In this document: positions 8,803-18,408 of the stretch, one piece after another | Position numbering within the stretch: position 1 is the first letter of the stretch | Layout of the letters: every line of letters begins with the position of its first letter | NCBI GenBank assembly: GCA_021151535.1 | Contig: JAGKXC010000002.1 | Location: 7,174-71,173 of the forward strand | Source: Sphingobacteriia bacterium | GTDB lineage: Bacteria > Bacteroidota > Bacteroidia > NS11-12g > UBA955 | Reading direction: 5' to 3' | DNA: 64,000 nt | Translations under genes and position numbers: made by a program | Notes under the pieces: generated by a model | What the model was told of the DNA's origin: nothing | Database searches by the model: none | The model's input: only the letters and a program-made list of their open reading frames with translations

Positions 8803-11208
8803 ATGAAATCAATTTATAATCAATTAGTTAAATCAGTTTTTTTGCTTGGATTGGTTTTTTCCGGCATCGCCCTATTGGATGCCCAAAATTCCCAATCCAA
8901 AGCTGCTCAAATCACGGTAAGCGGATATGTTAGAGAAAAGGCTAGTGGCGAGATGATGGGAGGCGTTAGAATTGGCACGGCGAATAACAGCGAATATACC
9001 ACTACCAATAATTATGGTTTCTACTCCTATACAATGTCTGCGGGCAAACAGCAGTATTTGTATTTTTTGATGTCTGGCTTCTTCGGCGATAGTATACTCA
9101 TTGAGGGCGATAAAGACGTTGATGTAAATATGGCGTTGCAGGTAATTGAAAGGATGGATGCGGTTGAAATATCGGTTAAGAAATCAACTATTGCTGATAA
9201 AGCGGAAATGAGTAAAATTGATATCCCCATACAGCAAGTAAAGGATATTCCAGCATTGTTGGGTGAAAAGGATGTATTAAAGGTGATACAGTTATTGCCA
9301 GGCGTTCAAAAAGGCGGCGAGGGCCAAAGTGGAATTTATGTAAGAGGCGGCGGCCCTGATCAAAACCTTATTGTATTGGATGAAGCTACGGTATATAATG
9401 CCAATCATTTGTTTGGCTTCTTTTCTTTATTTAATGGCGATGCATTAAGGAGTGTGGAATTGGTGAAAGGCGGATTTCCATCGCGGTATGGCGGAAGACT
9501 ATCGAGTGTAATTGAGATGAATATGAAGGAAGGGAATCTCAATAAATACCAGGGTGAATTTGGTATTGGGTTAATTAGTTCTCGTGGCGTTTTTGAAGGG
9601 CCCATTAAAAAAGGTAAAGGGTCATTTATGGTGTCTGGCAGAAGAACATATGCTGATATCTTAGCCCAACCAATCATTATGGCGGCAACTGGAGGTAGTA
9701 ATGCTGGTTATTATTTTTATGATATGAACATGAAGGCCAATTACATCATTACGGATAAAGACAAGGTATATGTTTCTGGCTATTTTGGAAGAGATAAATT
9801 TTATTTTGCTGATAAATCTAATAACCAATTGTTCAAAACTAGTTTTGGATGGGGGAATCAAACGTTAACAACCCGCTGGAATCATCAATTTAACAAGAAA
9901 ACATTTGCCAACACATCGTTGATTTATAGCCACTATGATTTGGATATTTCTTTAAATTCTAAACAAGGCGGAACGGTTGAATTTCAATTAGGGTATAAGA
10001 GTTTGATTGATGATTATGGGTTAAAATTCGATGTTGATTGGTTGCCAAAAAACAACCATAAAGTAAGGTATGGTTTTTCAAGTATCGGTCATCAGTTTTC
10101 TCCTTCTGCTACAGTGGTGAAATTGGGGCCAAATCAACCTGTTTCTAAGAAGGCTGAAGTAATTCATACTTTTGAATCGGGTATTTACATTGAAGATCAA
10201 ATCAAATACGGAAGATTTAACTTGTATCCCGGATTTCGATTTTCGCACTACTTCGTAGAGGGCAAGCAATGGTTTAATCCAGAGCCTAGGGTATCGGTTG
10301 GTTATCAATTAAAACAAGATTTAGCAGTAAAAGCAAGTTTTGCCACGATGAATCAATATATTCATTTGTTAAGCAATACAGGAATTGGATTGCCAACGGA
10401 TTTATGGATACCGGCTACCAACAATGTAAAGCCTATGCGCAGCACGCAAGGAGCAATAGGATTGGCAAAGGATTTCAAAAAAGGGGTTTCTATTAGTTTG
10501 GAAGCGTATTATAAAAAAATGCAGCGTGTGATTACTTACAAGGAAGGCGCGAGTTTCATTTTACAAGGCGATATGTTTGACCCTACCGTTCCTGTAAGTA
10601 GCAAATCTTGGGAATCGCAAGTTACCTCAGGCCAAGGATGGAGCAGGGGTTTGGAATTATTTGTACAGAAGAAGTTTGGTAAATTTAGCGGCTGGATTGG
10701 ATACACATTAAGTTGGACGGAATTGCAATTTGATTCGGTAAATAATGGTTTGAAATATTTTGCCAAATACGATAGACGGCATGACATTTCAATTGTAGGA
10801 ATTTATCGGTTAAGCAAACGATTTACGATATCGGCAACATGGGTATATGGTACAGGAAATGCAATTACATCGCCCAATGGAATTGTGCCCATAAATGGAT
10901 TGATACCAAGTGCTTATCCTATGGTTTGGGATATTTACGGAGGGAATGGAAGTACAACTATTGATTATGGTAAGAGGAATTCATTCCGTATGGAGCCCTA
11001 CCATCGTTTGGATGTGGGGTTGCAATTTAGTAAGCCAAGAAAGCGAGGGATTGAAACGGTAGAGTTAAGTTGTTATAATGCTTATAATCATGCCAATCCT
11101 TTCTTTTATTATGGTGGTTATAATGCGGATAATACCCAACGGGTTTTGAAGAAAGTGACTATTTTCCCCATGATTCCTACCATCACATATTCTTTTAAAT
11201 TTAAATAA
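8803..11208 (+). CDS. TonB-dependent outer-membrane receptor with N-terminal carboxypeptidase-regulatory-like domain
   Basis: Signal peptide, a CarbopepD_reg-like region, a plug (DIPALLGEKDVLKVIQLLPGV, GGEGQSGIYVRGGGPDQN) and a long beta-barrel ending in an aromatic residue. Confidence 0.85.
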   Translation: MKSIYNQLVKSVFLLGLVFSGIALLDAQNSQSKAAQITVSGYVREKASGEMMGGVRIGTANNSEYTTTNNYGFYSYTMSAGKQQYLYFLMSGFFGDSILIEGDKDVDVNMALQVIERMDAVEISVKKSTIADKAEMSKIDIPIQQVKDIPALLGEKDVLKVIQLLPGVQKGGEGQSGIYVRGGGPDQNLIVLDEATVYNANHLFGFFSLFNGDALRSVELVKGGFPSRYGGRLSSVIEMNMKEGNLNKYQGEFGIGLISSRGVFEGPIKKGKGSFMVSGRRTYADILAQPIIMAATGGSNAGYYFYDMNMKANYIITDKDKVYVSGYFGRDKFYFADKSNNQLFKTSFGWGNQTLTTRWNHQFNKKTFANTSLIYSHYDLDISLNSKQGGTVEFQLGYKSLIDDYGLKFDVDWLPKNNHKVRYGFSSIGHQFSPSATVVKLGPNQPVSKKAEVIHTFESGIYIEDQIKYGRFNLYPGFRFSHYFVEGKQWFNPEPRVSVGYQLKQDLAVKASFATMNQYIHLLSNTGIGLPTDLWIPATNNVKPMRSTQGAIGLAKDFKKGVSISLEAYYKKMQRVITYKEGASFILQGDMFDPTVPVSSKSWESQVTSGQGWSRGLELFVQKKFGKFSGWIGYTLSWTELQFDSVNNGLKYFAKYDRRHDISIVGIYRLSKRFTISATWVYGTGNAITSPNGIVPINGLIPSAYPMVWDIYGGNGSTTIDYGKRNSFRMEPYHRLDVGLQFSKPRKRGIETVELSCYNAYNHANPFFYYGGYNADNTQRVLKKVTIFPMIPTITYSFKFK

Positions 11209-11219
11209 AATTCCTCTAA

Positions 11220-12164
11220 ATGAAAGTTGAATTAATCAATAAAACAATGAAGAATCAGAGCATTAAATGGGGGAAAGTTGAAACATCTGTGGTGTTTTTT
11301 ATTGCGCTGATGTTTGCAATTTTTATTTCTGGCTGTGAGGTTGATGCTACTGTTGCACCGCCTGCATTTGAGAAGAAGCCCATTGTTATGAGTTATATTT
11401 CAACGAAAGATTCTGGGGTACGTGTAAGGATTGCCTATACCCAACCGTATTATGGAAAAATTGATGCACCAATAGAGTATGTAAAGGATGCAGATGTTTG
11501 GGTAGTTGATATTACGGATAGAGATAGTTCTAAGTTAACATATAAATTGGATGAAGAATCTTATTGGGTGGATAGTTCGAAATATAAAATTCAATCCAAG
11601 CACGAGTATCGATTGAATGTGTTGTTTAAGGATGGAAAGATAACTCAGGCGGTTTGTAAAGTGCCTGATGTGAATCGCGCAACCAATTGGCAAATAGTGG
11701 ATTGGGCTTTAAATATAGATACAAGTTCTATGGCATGGGCGCCTTATTCTTGGAGGATTTCCATGCAATGCAATAATCCAGAAAGTGGGTTTTATTACCA
11801 GCCATTGTTTGATCTGATAGTTGAAGATCCTGCGACATCAGGTTTGTATAGTTTATTAGAAGCTAGAAGTTGGGATGATCCCAGTCAGAGTTTGTTAGCA
11901 ACCGAAGGTGTGATTTTGCCGGTAGTTGCTAGAGGTAGAACTTATGACCCGAGGTCGGTTGATGTTATTAAATATCAATTCAAGGGAATAGCTCTAACCA
12001 ATTGGGTATATGATAAGTATTTTCAATACCAATATTTGGCCCAATATAGTGATGAATCGAATCCATTTGCTGAACCAATATTGTTGCATGGGAATATGTC
12101 TAATGAGGTTTTGGGTTTCTTTTCGGCATATGATTTTAATGAAATCATGGTAATGGCACCTTAG
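11220..12164 (+). CDS. DUF4249-family lipoprotein (TonB-receptor-associated)
   Basis: Lipoprotein signal (ISGCEV) and a ~300-aa size, immediately downstream of a TBDR. This is the pairing recalled from Bacteroidota for the DUF4249 family. Confidence 0.5.
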   Translation: MKVELINKTMKNQSIKWGKVETSVVFFIALMFAIFISGCEVDATVAPPAFEKKPIVMSYISTKDSGVRVRIAYTQPYYGKIDAPIEYVKDADVWVVDITDRDSSKLTYKLDEESYWVDSSKYKIQSKHEYRLNVLFKDGKITQAVCKVPDVNRATNWQIVDWALNIDTSSMAWAPYSWRISMQCNNPESGFYYQPLFDLIVEDPATSGLYSLLEARSWDDPSQSLLATEGVILPVVARGRTYDPRSVDVIKYQFKGIALTNWVYDKYFQYQYLAQYSDESNPFAEPILLHGNMSNEVLGFFSAYDFNEIMVMAP

Positions 12165-12246
12165 TTTTACTTTGGTTGTTTTATTTATTAGCCATGTGGA
12201 TTCTTTGATTTGGAATCGGTGAAATATTGGCGGATTTTGCGATACT

Positions 12247-13335
12247 ATGTTGGACGCATTTTTTACGCCGGTAGATGAAAGATTTTGGGCTCCTTACAAG
12301 AGTGATAAACAACATGTTGGCGGAAGGTTAACGATACACGGAAAGGGATTTCCAAAGTTAAAAAAGTGTAAAATTGCGTTGATTGGTATTGGAGAAGATG
12401 CCAATTTGGTGAGAAAGCAATTGTATGCTTTGAATTGGCGATTTGCCAATTTGGAGATTGCTGATTTGGGTAATTTGGTATTGGCAGAAGATGAGAGAAA
12501 TCGCCAGTTTGCATTGAGTGAGGCGATGGGTGAGTTGATGGGTATGGGATTAACTGTGCTGGTTCTTGGCGGGAGTGAAAGCTATATTTTGGGCCAATAC
12601 AAGTCGTACAGAGATTGGAAGGAACCAGTAGAAATCGTGCAAGTAACGCCCGGAGTTGATTTTGATATTACTTCGCCGTTGAGGCAAATTTTAATTGAAA
12701 AGCCGAGTAATTTATTCAATATTGATTTTATTGCAACCCAAGCATATTATATAAGTGAAGAAACATCGGCGATGTTGGAAAAGATGTATTTTGAGAACCA
12801 TCGATTGGGTGAAATTCGGGATCGAATTGAAGAGACTGAGCCAATTTTGAGAAGTGCTAACATGCTTCAATTTAATATGAATGCGGTTAGGAATAGCGAA
12901 TGTCCTGGCACACAGATGAAATCGCCCAATGGACTTTATGCTGAAGAGGCTGCAAGAATTGCGCGATACGCTGGAGTTTCTAATAAATTGAATTCAGCTT
13001 TTTTTTATGGACTTGAGTCGGATGAAAATGATGTAGTTTCACCCTTGTTGCTTGCACAAATGGTTTGGTATTTTGTTGATGGATGGATGAGTAGATACCA
13101 TGATCACCCTACTGTGGATTCCCCTGATTTTGTGGTGTACAGAAATTTGTTAAGCACAACGGGTCATGAGATTGTTTTTTATAAGAGTAACAAAAGTAAT
13201 CGTTGGTGGATGTTGATACCGCATCCGTATGAGGAGAAGAATTTGTTTATAGGATGTTCTTATCGAGATTACGAATTGGTATGTGCTGATGAGATGCCTG
13301 ATCGTTGGTGGCGGGCTTATCAAAGAATGATGTAA
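12247..13335 (+). CDS. arginase/formiminoglutamase-fold family protein with degenerate metal-binding motifs
   Basis: Overall arginase-family pattern (IALIGIGEDAN..., LVLGGSESY where GGDHS is expected). Canonical Mn ligands appear substituted. Assignment is tentative. Confidence 0.3.
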   Translation: MLDAFFTPVDERFWAPYKSDKQHVGGRLTIHGKGFPKLKKCKIALIGIGEDANLVRKQLYALNWRFANLEIADLGNLVLAEDERNRQFALSEAMGELMGMGLTVLVLGGSESYILGQYKSYRDWKEPVEIVQVTPGVDFDITSPLRQILIEKPSNLFNIDFIATQAYYISEETSAMLEKMYFENHRLGEIRDRIEETEPILRSANMLQFNMNAVRNSECPGTQMKSPNGLYAEEAARIARYAGVSNKLNSAFFYGLESDENDVVSPLLLAQMVWYFVDGWMSRYHDHPTVDSPDFVVYRNLLSTTGHEIVFYKSNKSNRWWMLIPHPYEEKNLFIGCSYRDYELVCADEMPDRWWRAYQRMM

Positions 13336-13404
13336 TTGATTGAATTTGACCTTATTGGAAATGAGCGGTGCTCAATTTTCGATATATAATAAACGATTGG
13401 CGAT

Positions 13405-13442
13405 CTAAATTGTTAGAAATAGACAATACCTAAGTAACTTTG
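13405..13442 (+). promoter_or_regulatory. putative Bacteroidota sigma-A promoter (-33 TTG / -7 TAACTTTG) for the ferredoxin-NADP reductase-like gene
   Basis: TAACTTTG at 13435-13442 matches the Bacteroidota -7 consensus TAnnTTTG. A TTG lies ~22 nt upstream, and the ATG is at 13453. Confidence 0.3.
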
Positions 13443-13452
13443 CAAAATCAAT

Positions 13453-14526
13453 ATGGCAGAAGGTTTCCATTTATTAACGGTGAAGAAAGCAGTAAGAGAA
13501 ACTGCAGATGCTACCACTTTTTATTTTGATATTCCAGCGAACTTGCAATCTGAATTTGCTTATACGCCTGGGCAGTATCTAACGTTTGAGATAGAAATTA
13601 ATGGCGAAAAGGTGCGTAGGAGTTATTCGTTGTGCACCTATTCGGGTGTTGATGCAGATCCTGCTGTTACCGTTAAACGTGTGGATGGTGGAAGAATGAG
13701 TAACTTCATGAATGATCAATTGAAAGAAGGATCTACCATTGAAGTGATGCCTCCAATGGGTAAATTTACCATGAATCCTGAAGCAAATAGAGGTACACAT
13801 TATGTGCTTTTTGGTGGCGGAAGTGGAATTACTCCAGTTTTGGGTATTGCGAAGGCTGTTTTGGCGGATGAACCAAAAAGTCAAGTAACTTTGGTTTATG
13901 CCAATAGAAATCCAGAAACCGTTATTTTCAAGAGCCTTTTGGCAGAAATGGAGAAGCAATTCTCTGGGCGATTTAAGGTAATTCACAATTATGATTCAGC
14001 ACCATTAACTTGGTTTGGTTTGAAAGGAATGTTAACCAAAGAAAAGGTTGGAACAATTGTTAAAACTAAAATTGGTGGTTCTTTCGATACATATCAGTAT
14101 TTCATTTGCGGTCCGTCTGGAATGATGGATGTTGTAAAAAGCGGATTGAAAGATTTGAATGTACCTTCAGATAATGTGCATACCGAGTATTTTACTGCGC
14201 CAACCAGTTCTAGTAGTGAAACCCAACCCAATCAGGAAACAGATTTTAACGGAGTTGCAAACATCACATTAACCGTTTACGGCAAAACCCACACAATTAC
14301 ATGTGATCAAAATACTACAGTTTTGAATGCTGCTATGAAAAATGGAATCGATCCTCCATATAGTTGTACGGTTGGTGTTTGTACTACCTGCAGAGCAAAA
14401 GTGCTATCTGGCAAAATCCACATGTTGGAACGTGAAGGTTTGAGCGACTCAGAGGTTTCTCAAGGCTATGTTTTGACTTGTCAATCAGTGCCAAGAAGTA
14501 GTGAAATCGTATTGAAATACGAATAA
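13453..14526 (+). CDS. ferredoxin-NADP reductase-type oxidoreductase with C-terminal 2Fe-2S ferredoxin domain (PaaE-like)
   Basis: FAD-binding RSYS motif, NAD-binding GGGSGITP, and a C-terminal plant-type ferredoxin domain (CTVGVCTTCRAK...). Confidence 0.8.
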   Translation: MAEGFHLLTVKKAVRETADATTFYFDIPANLQSEFAYTPGQYLTFEIEINGEKVRRSYSLCTYSGVDADPAVTVKRVDGGRMSNFMNDQLKEGSTIEVMPPMGKFTMNPEANRGTHYVLFGGGSGITPVLGIAKAVLADEPKSQVTLVYANRNPETVIFKSLLAEMEKQFSGRFKVIHNYDSAPLTWFGLKGMLTKEKVGTIVKTKIGGSFDTYQYFICGPSGMMDVVKSGLKDLNVPSDNVHTEYFTAPTSSSSETQPNQETDFNGVANITLTVYGKTHTITCDQNTTVLNAAMKNGIDPPYSCTVGVCTTCRAKVLSGKIHMLEREGLSDSEVSQGYVLTCQSVPRSSEIVLKYE

Positions 14527-14566
14527 TTTTAGTAGAATTCCTGTCAAATAGTTTTTAGAAATAATA

Positions 14567-15598
14567 CTAAGCGTTTACGCTGGTGTAATTTCTAATTTTA
14601 TTCAAGAGCGTACTGAAATCTTCAGGAAGTTCGGAATTAAACATCATTTTTTCGCCTGTTCTAGGGTGAATGAATCCCAATTCCTTTGCGTGAAGTGCTT
14701 GACGTGGCATCACTTGAAAACAATTATCAATAAATTGCTTAAATTTGGGTAGAGCGGAACCTTTTTTAACCTCATTTCCGCCATATAATTCATCAGAGAA
14801 TAAAGGATGGCCGTTGCCCGAGAAATGGATTCGGATTTGGTGAGTTCTTCCTGTTTCTAATTCGCACTGTACCAGTGAAGCAAAGAAGAAATTCTCTAGA
14901 GTTTTATAATGGGTAATGGCAATTTTGCCTTCTTCTTCGTTGTAGTAATTTTTAGATCTTCTTCTATCAGATGGATCTCGAGCCAAATAACTTGTAAATG
15001 TGCCATCTGCGGGATTGGGTTCGCCCCAAACCAATGCCCAATATCTTCTGTGTATGGTGTGGTCGAAGAATTGTTTTGCTAAATGCGAAAGAGCAAATTC
15101 CGTTTTTCCGATTACCAATAAACCTGAAGTGTCTTTGTCAATTCTGTGCACCAATCCTGGGCGATGTGCTGCATTTTGTTGAGGTAACTCACCGAAATGA
15201 TAAACTAATGCATTAACCAATGTGCCGTTATAGTTGTTAAATCCAGGATGTACCACCATTCCAGCAACCTTATTTACTACCAAAAGATCATCATCTTCAT
15301 AAATAATATTCAAAGGGATGTTTTCCGGATATACTGTAGTGTCTCGTGGAGCATCTGGGAGTAAAACACGTACTTGTTCGTTGGGTTTAATTTTGTAATT
15401 GGACTTAATAGATTTACCATTTACCAACACACAACCCGCTTCAATGGCCGCTTGAACTTTGGTTCTAGAAGCATTGGCTATTTTGTGCATTAACCATTTG
15501 TCGATACGCATTAATTCTTGACCTGGGTCGGCTGTGAAGCTAAAATGTTCAAATAAGCCTTCTTCGTTATCAGGAAGTTCTTCGGGGTCAGGATTCAT
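14567..15598 (-). CDS. rluD: RluA-family 23S rRNA pseudouridine synthase (RluD-like)
   Basis: S4-like N-terminal domain followed by the HRIDKDTSGLLVIGK catalytic motif. Confidence 0.85.
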   Translation of the reverse strand: MNPDPEELPDNEEGLFEHFSFTADPGQELMRIDKWLMHKIANASRTKVQAAIEAGCVLVNGKSIKSNYKIKPNEQVRVLLPDAPRDTTVYPENIPLNIIYEDDDLLVVNKVAGMVVHPGFNNYNGTLVNALVYHFGELPQQNAAHRPGLVHRIDKDTSGLLVIGKTEFALSHLAKQFFDHTIHRRYWALVWGEPNPADGTFTSYLARDPSDRRRSKNYYNEEEGKIAITHYKTLENFFFASLVQCELETGRTHQIRIHFSGNGHPLFSDELYGGNEVKKGSALPKFKQFIDNCFQVMPRQALHAKELGFIHPRTGEKMMFNSELPEDFSTLLNKIRNYTSVNA

Positions 15599-15607
15599 TT
15601 AACAAAA

Positions 15608-16468
15608 CTACATCTCAAGCTGAACTTTACCAACTACGAGTCCTGCCCAATGTGCTTGATTTACCAACACTTGTTTACCAACTGAATTTAAGGTATCTGT
15701 TGGTTTTTCCAAAAATGTGTGGGTATGTCCACCCATAATCAAATCGATATTTTGGGTGGTTTGTGCCAGTTTTAAATCGTCTATCTTGGGGGAATTGTAT
15801 TGATAACCCAAGTGAGAGATTACCACCACAAAATCACAATGTTCCACATGTTTAAGATGGTGGGCGTGGTGATTTACAATAGAGATAGGATCTTTATAAA
15901 GTAACCCTTTTCTCATGGGTTCAGCCACCAAATCTGAGAGGTCGATTCCCACACCAATAACGCCAACTTTGCACTTGCCTACTTGATAAGTATTATATGG
16001 CTTAACAATGTCTCTTAAAGGGGTTTGTGATACGTCGTAATTGCAATTTAATAAGTCAAATTGCGCATTCTGATTGAATACATCGGCTAAGTGTTCAGCA
16101 CCTAAATCAAATTCATGGTTGCCGAGTGTTGTAGCTTTGTAGCCAGCCTGGTTCATCCATTGGTATTCTACTTTGCCGCCAAAAAGGTTAAAGTAGGGAG
16201 TACCCTGAAATACATCGCCACAATCCAATAAAATGGAATTGCTATTTGTTTCTCTATCAATCACTGTTTTCAATTGGGTGATCCCCCCTTTGCCAGCGAA
16301 AGTTTTGTGGTTGGCTGGAAAAGCCTCTAAACGAGAATGGAAATCGTTGGTATGAAGAACTGTAATTGTTTTATTGGGCGATTTTGACCAAATTAATTCT
16401 GGTGCAATGAATGATCCGGCACCCAAAGCGAAGGAATTTTTTAGGAAGGTTCTTCTATTTTGATTCAT
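15608..16468 (-). CDS. metallophosphatase domain of a UshA-type 5'-nucleotidase, Tat-signal periplasmic protein
   Basis: Twin-arginine signal (NRRTFLKNSFALGAGS) and calcineurin-like motifs (LHTNDFHS, GDVFQGT, GNHEFD, GGHTH). Confidence 0.8.
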   Translation of the reverse strand: MNQNRRTFLKNSFALGAGSFIAPELIWSKSPNKTITVLHTNDFHSRLEAFPANHKTFAGKGGITQLKTVIDRETNSNSILLDCGDVFQGTPYFNLFGGKVEYQWMNQAGYKATTLGNHEFDLGAEHLADVFNQNAQFDLLNCNYDVSQTPLRDIVKPYNTYQVGKCKVGVIGVGIDLSDLVAEPMRKGLLYKDPISIVNHHAHHLKHVEHCDFVVVISHLGYQYNSPKIDDLKLAQTTQNIDLIMGGHTHTFLEKPTDTLNSVGKQVLVNQAHWAGLVVGKVQLEM

Positions 16469-16480
16469 AGCTTTGGATGA

Positions 16481-17293
16481 TTAATATCGGCTATTAATAG
16501 GTTGCATTAATAGAATCCTTGACTTTGGTTGGGGGTTGATTTTGCCTGTTGATTGATATTCTTTTTGAAATTCCTGAATTAGGATGTCGCGGATGAGTAT
16601 ATTGGTATTGTAAGATTCCACTGCTTTGGTGAGGATTTGGTATCCATCGCCCCCTAACCACATAAAGGAATTGATTGCTACCCAAAAGAAGTCTTTGTTT
16701 TTGTTGGTAGAAATTTTTGGATTAATTGGTTTTTGTAGATCAATTGTTAGTGTTGCGTGCGATAAGTATGCGCCATTTTTTTGGGCGATGTGCTGGAAAA
16801 GTGAATCTACTTGAAATGGGGTTAATTTTACAACAACCAATTCATTATCGTAGGGCATGGCTTCATAAATATTCCCTAAATTGATGTCTCCTGGGAATAA
16901 ACTATTTCTAATACTTCCATTATTTAATACCGCAAAATCACAAGAACTTGCTTTGTTTATTGATAACCAATTGTTCGCTGCTTCAAACATAAAGTCGGCT
17001 GCTTTATTACCTAAGTTTCCTACTGTATATTGGTTGCTCAAAATGGTGTCTAAATGAAAAATCATCTTGGCCATTTTGAGATTCATCGAGTCTTTGTAGG
17101 GTTGAAGAAAATTTGCCATTTTGGCGTTATCGGTGATTGAATCTACAATTTGTATGTTGTTATAAAATGGATGAAACTTTGAAACGAGAATGAATTCTTT
17201 TTTTTGTAAATTACAAGATGTCAATAATATGTAAAATATCAATAGCACATAAATGTTGAACCTTTGAATAATATGTGTTTGCTCGTATTTCAC
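16481..17293 (-). CDS. 5'-nucleotidase C-terminal (substrate-binding) domain lipoprotein
   Basis: Lipoprotein signal (LLTSC) and a 5'-nucleotidase_C-like region (NLGNIYEAMPYDNELVVVKLTPFQV...). Lies immediately upstream of the metallophosphatase gene. Confidence 0.7.
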   Translation of the reverse strand: MKYEQTHIIQRFNIYVLLIFYILLTSCNLQKKEFILVSKFHPFYNNIQIVDSITDNAKMANFLQPYKDSMNLKMAKMIFHLDTILSNQYTVGNLGNKAADFMFEAANNWLSINKASSCDFAVLNNGSIRNSLFPGDINLGNIYEAMPYDNELVVVKLTPFQVDSLFQHIAQKNGAYLSHATLTIDLQKPINPKISTNKNKDFFWVAINSFMWLGGDGYQILTKAVESYNTNILIRDILIQEFQKEYQSTGKINPQPKSRILLMQPINSRY

Positions 17294-17427
17294 TTATGCA
17301 AATTAAGTAGCAATTTTAGATTATCATCACAGTGCTTATTTTATACTAAAATAAGTTTTTGTTAAGTACTAGTTAAATAGTGGTAATAGATTGGTGATTA
17401 ATCGCTTTTTTTTAAGAATTTTGTATC

Positions 17428-18384
17428 ATGATTAGAAGAATTGTCTTAGGTTTCGTATCGATGATGAGTTTGGTTTCTGTTCAAGCTCAAAATTGCGATG
17501 AGTTGTTTATCTCTGAATACGTAGAGGGTTCTAGAAATAACAAAGCTTTAGAGATTTATAATCCTACAGGTGCGAGTATTGATTTATCAAAATACAGAAT
17601 TACCCGTTGGCAGAATGGGTCGGCACAATGGACAGCTCAATATTCAGATTCTTTAAAAGGCACATTGGAGTCTCATGATGTATTGGTTTGTGTGTTAGAC
17701 AGAAGAGATACCACAAAAATAGGGCAGGATACTCCGGTAGTATTACCATTGAGATTAAAGGCTGATTTGTTTTTAAGTGCTAATTACAATGTAAGTTATT
17801 CAATGAGTTTCAATGGCGATGATGCGGTATCGTTAGATAAGTACAATGAAGTAACAGGAAAGTGGGTTCCGGTTGATATTTTTGGAAAGATTGGCGAGAG
17901 ACCTTCACCAGCTTGGAGTGATAAAGCACCATACACTGGAACAGGTACATGGTATTCACAAGATAAAACATTGATTAGAAAAGATTCAGTTATGGGTGGT
18001 GTGAAGAAAAATCCTTCAATTTTTAATCCATCAGTTGAGTGGGAGTTAAATCCAAGAGACATGTTTGATTCATTGGGATTCCATTATTGCATGTGTGGGT
18101 GGCCAGCAAAAGTTAATGAAATGGAGAAATTAGCGGATATTACTTTATATCCCAATCCGAGTATTGACCATGTAACTGCTTTTTTGGGATTTGTGCCAAA
18201 TCAGGTGCAGGTTTTTGGTATTGATGGCCGAGAAGTGAAAATTGTTAATCAAGTAAGAGCAGATGAAAAATCAGGAGGATTTGTAATTTGGGAAGCGGAA
18301 ACCCAAACTTTGAGTGCTGGAACTTACATGGTGGTTTTTACGTCGAGCAAGGGTGAGAAATCCGTTGCAAGATTATTCAAATAA
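17428..18384 (+). CDS. lamin-tail-domain (LTD) protein with T9SS C-terminal sorting domain
   Basis: Signal peptide, LTD signature (LFISEYVEGSRNNKALEIYNPTGASIDLSKYRI) and a T9SS CTD (ITLYPNPSIDHV...GTYMVVFTSSKGEKSVARLFK). Confidence 0.7.
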   Translation: MIRRIVLGFVSMMSLVSVQAQNCDELFISEYVEGSRNNKALEIYNPTGASIDLSKYRITRWQNGSAQWTAQYSDSLKGTLESHDVLVCVLDRRDTTKIGQDTPVVLPLRLKADLFLSANYNVSYSMSFNGDDAVSLDKYNEVTGKWVPVDIFGKIGERPSPAWSDKAPYTGTGTWYSQDKTLIRKDSVMGGVKKNPSIFNPSVEWELNPRDMFDSLGFHYCMCGWPAKVNEMEKLADITLYPNPSIDHVTAFLGFVPNQVQVFGIDGREVKIVNQVRADEKSGGFVIWEAETQTLSAGTYMVVFTSSKGEKSVARLFK

Positions 18385-18408
18385 TAAAAATCGCCCAATA
18401 GAAATTTC

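Noticed and set aside
13579-13986. 135-aa minus-strand ORF inside the ferredoxin-NADP reductase gene
   Set aside because: Antisense shadow ORF. The sense-strand gene has strong domain evidence.
15608-17293. interpreting the two nucleotidase ORFs as a frameshifted pseudogene
   Set aside because: Each ORF has its own start codon and a distinct, complete export signal. The domain order is reversed relative to fused UshA, which a simple frameshift would not produce.
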